From the IMG/VR virus record IMGVR_UViG_3300045988_053311: DNA of 46,198 bases; one strand, given 5' to 3'. The notes beneath the pieces were generated by a model, which saw only the letters and a list, made by a program, of their open reading frames with translations, was not told the DNA's origin and searched no databases. The translations under genes were made by a program, and so were the position numbers. The DNA comes from a virus. Position 1 is the stretch's first letter. The number at the start of each line of letters is the position of its first letter. Below are positions 14,838-22,739 of this stretch, piece by piece.

Positions 14838-14857
14838 CCCGGGGTACTATCCCCGGG
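14838..14857. terminator. Bidirectional terminator hairpin between integrase and endolysin
   Basis: CCCGGGG-TACTAT-CCCCGGG is followed by AGTTTTTATATTTTTT on the plus strand and by AATCATGTTTCTT on the minus strand. One arm encodes the endolysin C-terminus. Confidence 0.7.
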
Positions 14858-16067
14858 AGTTTTTATATTTTTTAAAGCTTCCTGCAGGTACATATTCTCG
14901 CACAAATCCTTCAGACGGGTGTCCAAGTCGGACAAGATAATATTTCTTTCCGGCAGAATCCTTAATGGTTGCTCCTTTAATTACGTCTACCAGGGTGTTT
15001 TTCTTGATTTTTGGCCAGAGTGTAGATTTTGTCTTTCCGGCGTCCACAAACGTTTGAGTATCTTTACTCATTCTGGCTACGTAAGCAACTGTTTCGGTGT
15101 TTGTAGCAGAGTTAGAAGAATTCTGTTCTGTGTAGAATCTTCTTGCCTGGTAAAACTTAGCGCTGTGGGTATATGTGAGTCCATTTTTATAAGAAGGCGT
15201 TCCTGATCCATGCCCGAACAGCATAGGAATTCCATTTTTCCAGCCAACGAATCCTTCTACGTGTTTTGCCTCTCCGGAACCGAAGTAAATCAAATCGCCA
15301 ACCTGCAGTTTTTTATAGTCAGCTATGGTCAGATTATCTTTTCCTCCATAATAGGCTACCTGTGTACCTTTTTCCACCTGTTCCCCTGTCCAAGTTCCGA
15401 TCTGAATACCATAGGCCTTTTCAAATGATTTCCACCAAATGGAGCTACAATCTGAATAGCCGTTAAATACCTGGCTTCTGAGATCAGATTGTGTGTACTG
15501 ATTCCTCCCTTCTCTTGACTCAGCAAGCTCTACCGCTTTGAATGCTCCTTTTGACACTGTCTCATCTCCTTCATTGTCATCTATATTATCATATTGTGTG
15601 AGGTTATTTTGATTGATAATTAACATTACCTGCTGCACATAATCTGGATCCGTTGCGTAGCCTCCATCCCAAATCGCCTGAATACAGGTTTCTGGGCTGG
15701 ATTGATTACATGCAAAGGCATATCTTCCCAGACTGGTGATCAAATCGAAATAGTCTGATACGGATTCTTCCAGACTATCATAAGCCCGGAATAGGTCTGT
15801 GATTGTCGTAAATGTATGACCGTCATAACATTCTTTCGTTTTTGAGCTGTAGACTTTTCCATTCCAATTCGTTCCGGCTTTGATTCCAAAATAAGCATTT
15901 GCTTTTACCATCATGTCCGATGCGCCCCATCCTGTTTCTAGTGCCGCCTGAGCAATGCAGACAGATGGAAGAATCCATTTTCGACCAGATGATTTTCGGT
16001 TGTGGTATTCGTTCATAGCGTATCTGGACAATGTAGCGATAAAATTTTTAACTTGTGCTGATGACAT
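14847..16067 (-). CDS. Modular endolysin: GH73 N-acetylglucosaminidase + NlpC/P60-like Cys peptidase + SH3-like wall-binding domain
   Basis: CIAQAALETGWG...YATDPDYV is a GH73 motif. GYSDCSSIWW...HVEGFVGW gives the NlpC/P60-type Cys and His. The C-terminal part, KYYLVRLGHPSEGFVREY, is SH3-like. Confidence 0.85.
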   Translation of the reverse strand: MSSAQVKNFIATLSRYAMNEYHNRKSSGRKWILPSVCIAQAALETGWGASDMMVKANAYFGIKAGTNWNGKVYSSKTKECYDGHTFTTITDLFRAYDSLEESVSDYFDLITSLGRYAFACNQSSPETCIQAIWDGGYATDPDYVQQVMLIINQNNLTQYDNIDDNEGDETVSKGAFKAVELAESREGRNQYTQSDLRSQVFNGYSDCSSIWWKSFEKAYGIQIGTWTGEQVEKGTQVAYYGGKDNLTIADYKKLQVGDLIYFGSGEAKHVEGFVGWKNGIPMLFGHGSGTPSYKNGLTYTHSAKFYQARRFYTEQNSSNSATNTETVAYVARMSKDTQTFVDAGKTKSTLWPKIKKNTLVDVIKGATIKDSAGKKYYLVRLGHPSEGFVREYVPAGSFKKYKNSRG

Positions 16068-16110
16068 ATTTTTCTCCTGATTTTATTTCTGCGCATGTAT
16101 TTGTAACACA

Positions 16111-16119
16111 ATTATATCA
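16111..16119 (-). promoter_or_regulatory. Extended -10 promoter (TGATATAAT) for the endolysin gene
   Basis: On the minus strand, TGATATAAT lies between the upstream terminator and the endolysin RBS CAGGAGAAA. No good -35 box is present. Confidence 0.45.
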
Positions 16120-16159
16120 TTTTGAAAATCAATGTCTCTCTACCAATTTAAGGCCATAC

Positions 16160-16183
16160 AAAAAAGAGGACATTCCTGTCCTC
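16160..16183 (-). terminator. Intrinsic terminator ending the tail operon
   Basis: The minus-strand RNA reads GAGGACA-GGAA-TGTCCTC followed by TTTTTTG. Confidence 0.8.
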
Positions 16184-16322
16184 TAAATTGCATATTTCTG
16201 TACCAATCAACTAATAGTACGGTTAGGGCTTGGATTTTGATGGTTTTTGGGAAAATAAGGGCTTATTTGGATTTTTATGGAAAATGCGCTCTTATTTGCG
16301 GTTTTGGGGTTTTTATTCGTTT

Positions 16323-17609
16323 TTACAGTGGTACCTCATCTATGGAATACACTAGGCTGTAAACATCCGAACTGTATTTATCGACATTGAATTGCTTATG
16401 CACATACAGTTTATTATTGGCAATTGTAAGGCAAACAGCCCCGATAAAAGTGTATGAAGCTTCTATTTTGCCGTAAAATATTCTTGTTATTTTCTCACTT
16501 TTGCTCATTTCGTATATTAGTTTGGGCGTTCCACGTGTTGTTAAATTAAGTTTGTATACACCATAAGGATACTTAGAATTATGCGAATCAGGATTTGATA
16601 TAAAGTACATATTATTTGCATAAAATGCGCAAGGAGTCTGTATACGCATACCCCAGTTTCTCCAATCTAAAGAAGCATCAGTGTCTTGCCATGCAGAATA
16701 AACAAGACTGTAATTTTCTCCGTCATATTTGTGTACATACGCACCATAATCTTTATCAAGTTTTCCTGTCATATATACAAAGCCTTTATATCCCCCCAAA
16801 GACACATATGAAGCAGAATCTCTTCCGGAAAATAATATCAGTTTATCTGATTTCACTTCTAATAAAGCTTGTATGAACGGATATTCGGAATACGGAGTTA
16901 GAAAGCGGTTTGATTCAAGGAGTATTTTTCCGGCTATTTTGTATTGGTTTGAAACATAATCTGTTGACGAAGACTTGCACGATATTTTTTCAATTTTTCT
17001 GTTTCCGATATTTTTTCCATTTTTATATTCATACACAGTCGGAGAAACACTTGTATCTGGACTTGGCATATATGAGGATGATAATTGATTGTAAAATATG
17101 CAATAAAAAGTATCATCATCTCCAACATAGAATCCTTGAAAAAACATTTTTTCAACTTTATCGGAATTCGAATAATGGAAAATAAGTTCTCCCTTGTCAG
17201 AGTACTTATAAAAGTCTTTGATATTTTCAAAAAGCCCGTCTGTATGAAGGATATAAAAATAGTTTTTATATGCTACCGCAAAACCTGCTTCGTTTTGCAT
17301 TATGTTGCTAAAATCATATATTATCTTGACTATTGAATTTCCGCCAACAAAAAATGCGAATTTATTACTGATCGCACCTCCTGTTCCTTTGAAACCATAA
17401 ATTAAATTAACTAATGTAGCTCCTGTGGTTGTTGTGCATTTGTCGATTGCAGCATAATCAACTATATTCTTTCTAATACCGCCAGATTTTTTCCACAACA
17501 ATGTATTTCCACCCCATATTTCACTTGTTTCTTTACCTTTGACAGGAAACCCAGTGATTTCCTGTCTGTTCAAAAATGCCTTATATATCATCCGATCAGC
17601 CCTCCTCAA
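16323..17609 (-). CDS. AT-rich tail-tip/receptor-binding candidate (about 422-428 aa), repeated beta-strand-rich protein
   Basis: ORF track. It is the last gene of the tail operon, is Tyr/Asn/Gly-rich like beta-propeller or beta-sandwich proteins, and is visibly lower in GC than its neighbours. An alternative start, MIYKAF, is at 17591. Confidence 0.7.
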   Translation of the reverse strand: MRRADRMIYKAFLNRQEITGFPVKGKETSEIWGGNTLLWKKSGGIRKNIVDYAAIDKCTTTTGATLVNLIYGFKGTGGAISNKFAFFVGGNSIVKIIYDFSNIMQNEAGFAVAYKNYFYILHTDGLFENIKDFYKYSDKGELIFHYSNSDKVEKMFFQGFYVGDDDTFYCIFYNQLSSSYMPSPDTSVSPTVYEYKNGKNIGNRKIEKISCKSSSTDYVSNQYKIAGKILLESNRFLTPYSEYPFIQALLEVKSDKLILFSGRDSASYVSLGGYKGFVYMTGKLDKDYGAYVHKYDGENYSLVYSAWQDTDASLDWRNWGMRIQTPCAFYANNMYFISNPDSHNSKYPYGVYKLNLTTRGTPKLIYEMSKSEKITRIFYGKIEASYTFIGAVCLTIANNKLYVHKQFNVDKYSSDVYSLVYSIDEVPL

Positions 17610-20600
17610 ATGTGAAATACAACGTATCTGCTCGGTCAGTTCCTGCGGCTACAAGAGCATCATAATCAGCTTTTTTTATTCGCTTTACACACCTTAATTG
17701 TGCCTTTTTTAATTGTTCAGAAGTGCTGCCAGAGCCACCAGAACCGTCTGTAAAATCGTCAATCATTGCCGGTGAAAATTCAGAATCCGAACCATCTGTA
17801 AACTCTGCATAGCTGATTGTCGGCATTTCAGATCGTGTAAGATTGACCGTTCCAGATATTTCGGGAGTGTATTTTCCCAACTGCTGGCTGTTACTATTAA
17901 ACGGTGCATTGTTGGCAGAATAGGTGTCAATCATGTCTGTAGCGCCGATTTTGAGTACCCTGCTCATGATGTATGAATGAACGTACCATTGCAGTTCTGT
18001 AGGCTCCTGTTCGTCGTGCTGAATCTGCTTTTTATAGTAGAGTTCGACTGCCTGACCAACCATGTTCAGTGGGTTTCCCTGAACCTCGGCAGTATATCCC
18101 TGCGCACGATAATATTTCCGCAAATCTTGATTTACGAATACACCATAGCAAATCTTCATAATTGGTTCAGCCCTTGAAATACCGCCATATTCGTCTGCAT
18201 CCCAAACGTAATTTAGCCAGTCTTCATTTCCTACAAAGAAGCTGTTTCTGTTGTAATAAACGTTGTTGTCATACGCTTCTTGCGCTGTATAGTCGCCCTG
18301 CGTAAAGCCGAAGGCTCTATTCGGGTCAGGATCACAAAATATAACATTCGGGAACCAAATTCTACCCTCTTTTGCGGTAAAACTTTTGAATGTATCAAGG
18401 TGTACTTCTTCGTTACCGTAGTATTTATAAATGTTCTGATTACCGGTAGTCTGCCCGTACCTATAACTGTTCTGGCGAAGCTTCAGATACTCAAACTTGC
18501 CATCCCTGTTCATCCATCCAAAACGGTCATTCTGCAAGCATAAATCTTTCAGAATGTTCACTACATTCATCTCATTTGAGTTATTCGTATCAGGCACATA
18601 GGTGTCGTCCCAATGCAGTTTTGTACTAACTTGTTCGAGTCCCAAAAACTCAAATAATTTATCTCTAAATTGCTTTTGAGTCAGCTTTTTCTTCTTATCA
18701 GTCGTCTGGTTTTTATACCATCGAGCAATGTCAGTATTTCGTAATTTATACAGATAATCATATGCGATAAAATTACGTGTCAGGGAGTTTGCTTTCCGCT
18801 CCGCACTGTCGATTTCACCTGTGAAAATTTTGATTCTTGTTCCTTTTCTCTCGATGTAAACTTCAATTTTTCCAGAGGGGTAAAACTCTTCCGAGGTACC
18901 GTTAAACTGGTCGTGGTGAGCCTGAAACGTTATCTGATTGCAGACACAACCGCCGAAGATAAAATACTGTTCAGAGCAAATTGACTCCTGTAAAGTAATC
19001 GTCTTCTGGTCGATATTTTCGTTTGTAAGGTCAGCAAATTCTCCGTTAATCCAGTGTACTGTTATTTCTATTGGCTCGGTTTTCTCTTCTTCAACATCAC
19101 CAGAGCCGCCACTTGAGCCACCACTTGAACTATCATCAAATGGGTTTTTCCCGTCGTTCGTGACTTTAATTTGAAAACTATCAGAGCCGACAAATTTGGA
19201 AACTCCGTTGGTTGTTGTATTATAAGAAACTGTGATAGTCTTAGAACCTGCGGTGGAGCTATCGAAACCAGAAATATCATAATCTGTAATTTCTTTCTCG
19301 GTTCCGTCCTGTCTTACTGCCGCTACAGTTAACCCGGTTGGGTCGAACGATTCCCCAATTCTATAATAAATCTTATTTGGGTAATGAGAAATACGGATTC
19401 CGACAGTATCAGGAACTACTTCAACGGTAAACATTGCAGTAAACGACTGATATGTAACTGTAATAGTCTTTTCTCCTGCTTCACTACTATCCAAATCAGA
19501 CACAGTATATCCGTCTGTTAAAACTTCTTTTGAGCCATCTGTCCAGACTGTCGAAATTAGCATCCCAGAAGTGTCTAGTGTATCTCCTTTGGAATATTCT
19601 ACTTTAGTTGGCAAAGCCGTGATTTCTATTTTGATGATCTCTATGACTACAATATCAAAGGTAGTGGATTGTGTTTCGTAAGCTACATTAACAGTCTTAA
19701 CTCCAGCGGTTGACATATCTGGATTTGATAATGTATAGCTTGTTGTTTCTTCTACTCTTCCATCGTCATAAGTTGCGTTTACAATCAATCCAGAGCTATC
19801 AAATTTTTCCCCTTTTTTGTATTTCAGCTTATGCGGCAATGAACTAATCTCAATTTTGACAAGTTGAACTTCCACCCATTCAACTGTTGCGTTTGAGGCT
19901 GACCAAGGAGAACCAGATATGGAATCTTTTGTTTGGTTAATTTTAATCGTTATACCAGAATTACCATCGAAAGCACCACTAGCAATAGTTTTTACATTTT
20001 TTCCAATATATACTGTTTTTAATTTGGAGCAAGCTTGGAATATTGCGTTTCCAAGTTCTTCTATTGACAAGTCATCTGAAATCGTAAACGTTTCAAAGCC
20101 GCATTTACTAAAACAATAATCTGGAATTTTTTTAATCTTATTAGATAATTCTATCGAATTTAGTGAGGTACATTCGCTAAAAGCATTTACACCAATTTCC
20201 GTAACACTATCCGGAATAACAACATTGTTCAGAAGACCGCAACTGGCAAAGCAGGAAACAGGAATACTTGATATACCTTTCCCTATTGATATAGATCTTA
20301 ATTCTGAACATGTAGCAAATTGACCAGTGCCATTCCATTTTACAGTCCCGTTTAAAGCCAACGTTTCGATGTTCTTCCTGTTAAAAACATTACTATAAAT
20401 AGTACCTCCGCGAATAACTAGATTTTTTGCAGAAATATTATATATAGTGCCCCCTTCGCCAGACGATGCAAATATTGCATCGTTGCCTCCTATTTCCAAG
20501 TTTTCAAGAGTGCCCCCTTGGAAACAATATGACATACTCTTGAGTGTCGATGGAAGAATCAAATTTTTCAACGAAGAACAACCACAGAATGTACTTCTCC

Positions 20601-22236
20601 CAATTTCTTCGAGTCCTTCGTGAAATGTCAATTCTGACAGATTCGGACAGTCGTTAAAGCAACCACTTGAAATTTTTACAAAAGATTCTGAAAAAGATAA
20701 AGATGTCCCTAGATATTTATTGAAGTTACCGACACCAATTTCGGATATATCATTTCCAAATACAAGATTTTCTAAGCTTGAAAATCTACTACCGAAATTA
20801 CTCGGAATCTTAGTAATACCGTCGCTAAATACAATCTGCTTACATCTTGTGTATAATGAATTTGGGCAGGCTATACCTTCTGCATTGTCAGATAAGTTAT
20901 TATTAAATTCGCCGGTTCCCGAAATACTCAATATATTTGTTTCGAGATCGAATATTGCAGTTACATCATCTTTAGTAGGCGTTCCGATTTTCACCGAAAA
21001 GGAATCTAAAACTTTTGTTGAAACGGTCGTTGACACTCCAAAATACTCAACCGTTATCAGTAACGAGCCCGGTTCTGTGACCACTACATTATTAACTGTA
21101 TATCCACTTGTTACATACTCGAAGCCGTCCGAATATGAAACAGTTATGCTATATACGGATATATCTGTAGTTTCTCCAACAAAGTATGTGTCTGATGAAT
21201 AGTTTCCGCCAGTTATACTCAATGGTTGCATAATTGTAATATCGAACGTAGTTGTTAATATTCCATAGGTTACCGTTATCGTATTTGTTTTTGGAGAACT
21301 GCTGTCAAACCCAGAATATGTACAATCCTTTGTAACGTCTATAGTGTTTCCATCACTTAACGTTGCAGTCACCACAATACCTGTAGAATCAAATTCTTTT
21401 CCTATGTGATAATTCACCTTGCTTGGCATAGTCGTTACTGATATGGCGGTAATAGAAGCTTCTGAGACAGAAATCTCAAATGTTGTCGTCTTGCCGGATG
21501 CAGTAACGGTTATGGTCTTTGTGCCTGCGGAACTGCTGTCAAATCCTGATAATTCATAATCGGTAGTGGATTCTGATGTTCCATCATTGTATGTCTTTGA
21601 TACTTCAAGTCCTGTGCTGTCGAATAATTCACCCTGATAGTACGTGGTCTTATTTGACATTTTTGACACAGTAATTCCAGTGACGTATTTGTCTTCAACA
21701 AATTTCTCATAGCTAACTATCTGCGACACACCTGCGTTTTTTACTAGAATCGAAATTGGCACTGTAGAAGTTACGGAAATAGTCAGATATGTTATGGTTT
21801 TGCCGTCAATGATTGATGACATGCCAGTGTACGAACTGCTTGTAGGTATCTGAATAACATTGATAAATAATGTCTGTCCTTCTATCAGAAATACTTCGTA
21901 TTTCAGCGCATATGACGATGATGTGCTTGAATAATGTACGTATCCTTCAACTCTGATTTTGATGAATCTTTTTCCCGACGTAAGTGTTCCTTCCTGTCGG
22001 TAAATATAATAAACCGCGCCATCCCTACGCCAGATTTTGAGTTGTTCGGCGTTTTGCCCAAATCCGATGAAATTGTTTCCAGAAACATATATGGTACTGG
22101 CGGTATTTCCTGCGTAGGTAAACCAATCAACGCCTGTGACACTAACTACATCCTCGTCGTGTTTTGTGTTGTTGACAACAGCAGTCATCCCGGCCGTTGT
22201 ATCCAATAAACTGTCAAAAGATACTGTATCTGCCAT
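17596..22236 (-). CDS. Giant tail protein (1546 aa): N-terminal jelly-roll-like domain, 3 Ig-like repeats, BspA-type LRR block, 3 Ig-like repeats, Gly/Ser linker, C-terminal tail-hub (Tal/minor-structural-N-terminal-like) domain
   Basis: Start refined to MADTVSF, with RBS GGGAGGA 5 nt upstream. There are six repeats of the pattern K..Y..GE.FD.TGL.V.A.Y.DG....T.Y..SGFDSS.AG.KTITV. The LRR consensus F..C..L..I.IP.SVT.IG..AF..C.SL is present. The C-terminal part, IEITVHWINGEF...FTGEIDSAERK, resembles the N-terminal region of siphovirus tail-tip proteins. Confidence 0.85.
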   Translation of the reverse strand: MADTVSFDSLLDTTAGMTAVVNNTKHDEDVVSVTGVDWFTYAGNTASTIYVSGNNFIGFGQNAEQLKIWRRDGAVYYIYRQEGTLTSGKRFIKIRVEGYVHYSSTSSSYALKYEVFLIEGQTLFINVIQIPTSSSYTGMSSIIDGKTITYLTISVTSTVPISILVKNAGVSQIVSYEKFVEDKYVTGITVSKMSNKTTYYQGELFDSTGLEVSKTYNDGTSESTTDYELSGFDSSSAGTKTITVTASGKTTTFEISVSEASITAISVTTMPSKVNYHIGKEFDSTGIVVTATLSDGNTIDVTKDCTYSGFDSSSPKTNTITVTYGILTTTFDITIMQPLSITGGNYSSDTYFVGETTDISVYSITVSYSDGFEYVTSGYTVNNVVVTEPGSLLITVEYFGVSTTVSTKVLDSFSVKIGTPTKDDVTAIFDLETNILSISGTGEFNNNLSDNAEGIACPNSLYTRCKQIVFSDGITKIPSNFGSRFSSLENLVFGNDISEIGVGNFNKYLGTSLSFSESFVKISSGCFNDCPNLSELTFHEGLEEIGRSTFCGCSSLKNLILPSTLKSMSYCFQGGTLENLEIGGNDAIFASSGEGGTIYNISAKNLVIRGGTIYSNVFNRKNIETLALNGTVKWNGTGQFATCSELRSISIGKGISSIPVSCFASCGLLNNVVIPDSVTEIGVNAFSECTSLNSIELSNKIKKIPDYCFSKCGFETFTISDDLSIEELGNAIFQACSKLKTVYIGKNVKTIASGAFDGNSGITIKINQTKDSISGSPWSASNATVEWVEVQLVKIEISSLPHKLKYKKGEKFDSSGLIVNATYDDGRVEETTSYTLSNPDMSTAGVKTVNVAYETQSTTFDIVVIEIIKIEITALPTKVEYSKGDTLDTSGMLISTVWTDGSKEVLTDGYTVSDLDSSEAGEKTITVTYQSFTAMFTVEVVPDTVGIRISHYPNKIYYRIGESFDPTGLTVAAVRQDGTEKEITDYDISGFDSSTAGSKTITVSYNTTTNGVSKFVGSDSFQIKVTNDGKNPFDDSSSGGSSGGSGDVEEEKTEPIEITVHWINGEFADLTNENIDQKTITLQESICSEQYFIFGGCVCNQITFQAHHDQFNGTSEEFYPSGKIEVYIERKGTRIKIFTGEIDSAERKANSLTRNFIAYDYLYKLRNTDIARWYKNQTTDKKKKLTQKQFRDKLFEFLGLEQVSTKLHWDDTYVPDTNNSNEMNVVNILKDLCLQNDRFGWMNRDGKFEYLKLRQNSYRYGQTTGNQNIYKYYGNEEVHLDTFKSFTAKEGRIWFPNVIFCDPDPNRAFGFTQGDYTAQEAYDNNVYYNRNSFFVGNEDWLNYVWDADEYGGISRAEPIMKICYGVFVNQDLRKYYRAQGYTAEVQGNPLNMVGQAVELYYKKQIQHDEQEPTELQWYVHSYIMSRVLKIGATDMIDTYSANNAPFNSNSQQLGKYTPEISGTVNLTRSEMPTISYAEFTDGSDSEFSPAMIDDFTDGSGGSGSTSEQLKKAQLRCVKRIKKADYDALVAAGTDRADTLYFTFEEG
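19873..20970 (-). repeat. BspA-like leucine-rich-repeat block inside the giant tail gene (aa about 440-805)
   Basis: Repeated segments of about 23 aa with Cys/Leu/Ile/Phe periodicity, for example FNDCPNLSELTFHEGLEEIGRSTFCGCSSLKNLILPSTLKSM. The region is AT-rich. Confidence 0.7.
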
Positions 22237-22299
22237 AATCATCCTCCCGTCTATAATATAAAAGAGCACATGAGCTGTGACACCCATGCACTCTGGTTG

Positions 22300-22731
22300 T
22301 TAGTATTCGATCAGTGCGATTCGGATGCTTGAATAAAACACCATCCCTCTTTTTTTATCAATTTCATTAATTGTAAAGTCAATATCTGGAACATATACTT
22401 TTGCATTCGTATATGTATTTGTTTCGTCATTCCAGTAGGTGATATTTGCTTTACGCTCTTGCTTATTGATAATTGAGGAATTCATTACATTTTGAATTTT
22501 TATTTTTTCTTCTAGGGTTAAATCGTCAACTGTTTCAAATTCTATCTTTGTACGATAATGTGGGAGTGTGTCCCTGTGCAAATATCCTTTCATATCTGTC
22601 CATGAATCATTTTCAAGTCTTTGATTCGGTGTGCTTTTCCATGTTGCTCTTTTGATAAATTCATGTGGAAATTCTTGAGTCCCGAATTTTAATAGCCATC
22701 CCTGAAAATTCCCTGAACTAAATTCGCTCAT
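22300..22731 (-). CDS. Small tail protein (143 aa) in the distal-tail-protein position
   Basis: ORF track. It lies between the tape-measure gene and the giant tail protein gene. No motif recognised. Confidence 0.65.
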   Translation of the reverse strand: MSEFSSGNFQGWLLKFGTQEFPHEFIKRATWKSTPNQRLENDSWTDMKGYLHRDTLPHYRTKIEFETVDDLTLEEKIKIQNVMNSSIINKQERKANITYWNDETNTYTNAKVYVPDIDFTINEIDKKRGMVFYSSIRIALIEY

Positions 22732-22739
22732 GTGCTCAC

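Noticed and set aside
19162-21687. Ig-like repeats in the giant tail gene considered as a diversity-generating retroelement target (VR/TR pair)
   Set aside because: No reverse transcriptase gene is present anywhere in the window. The repeats are diverged protein-domain duplications rather than a near-identical template/variable pair with adenine-specific differences.
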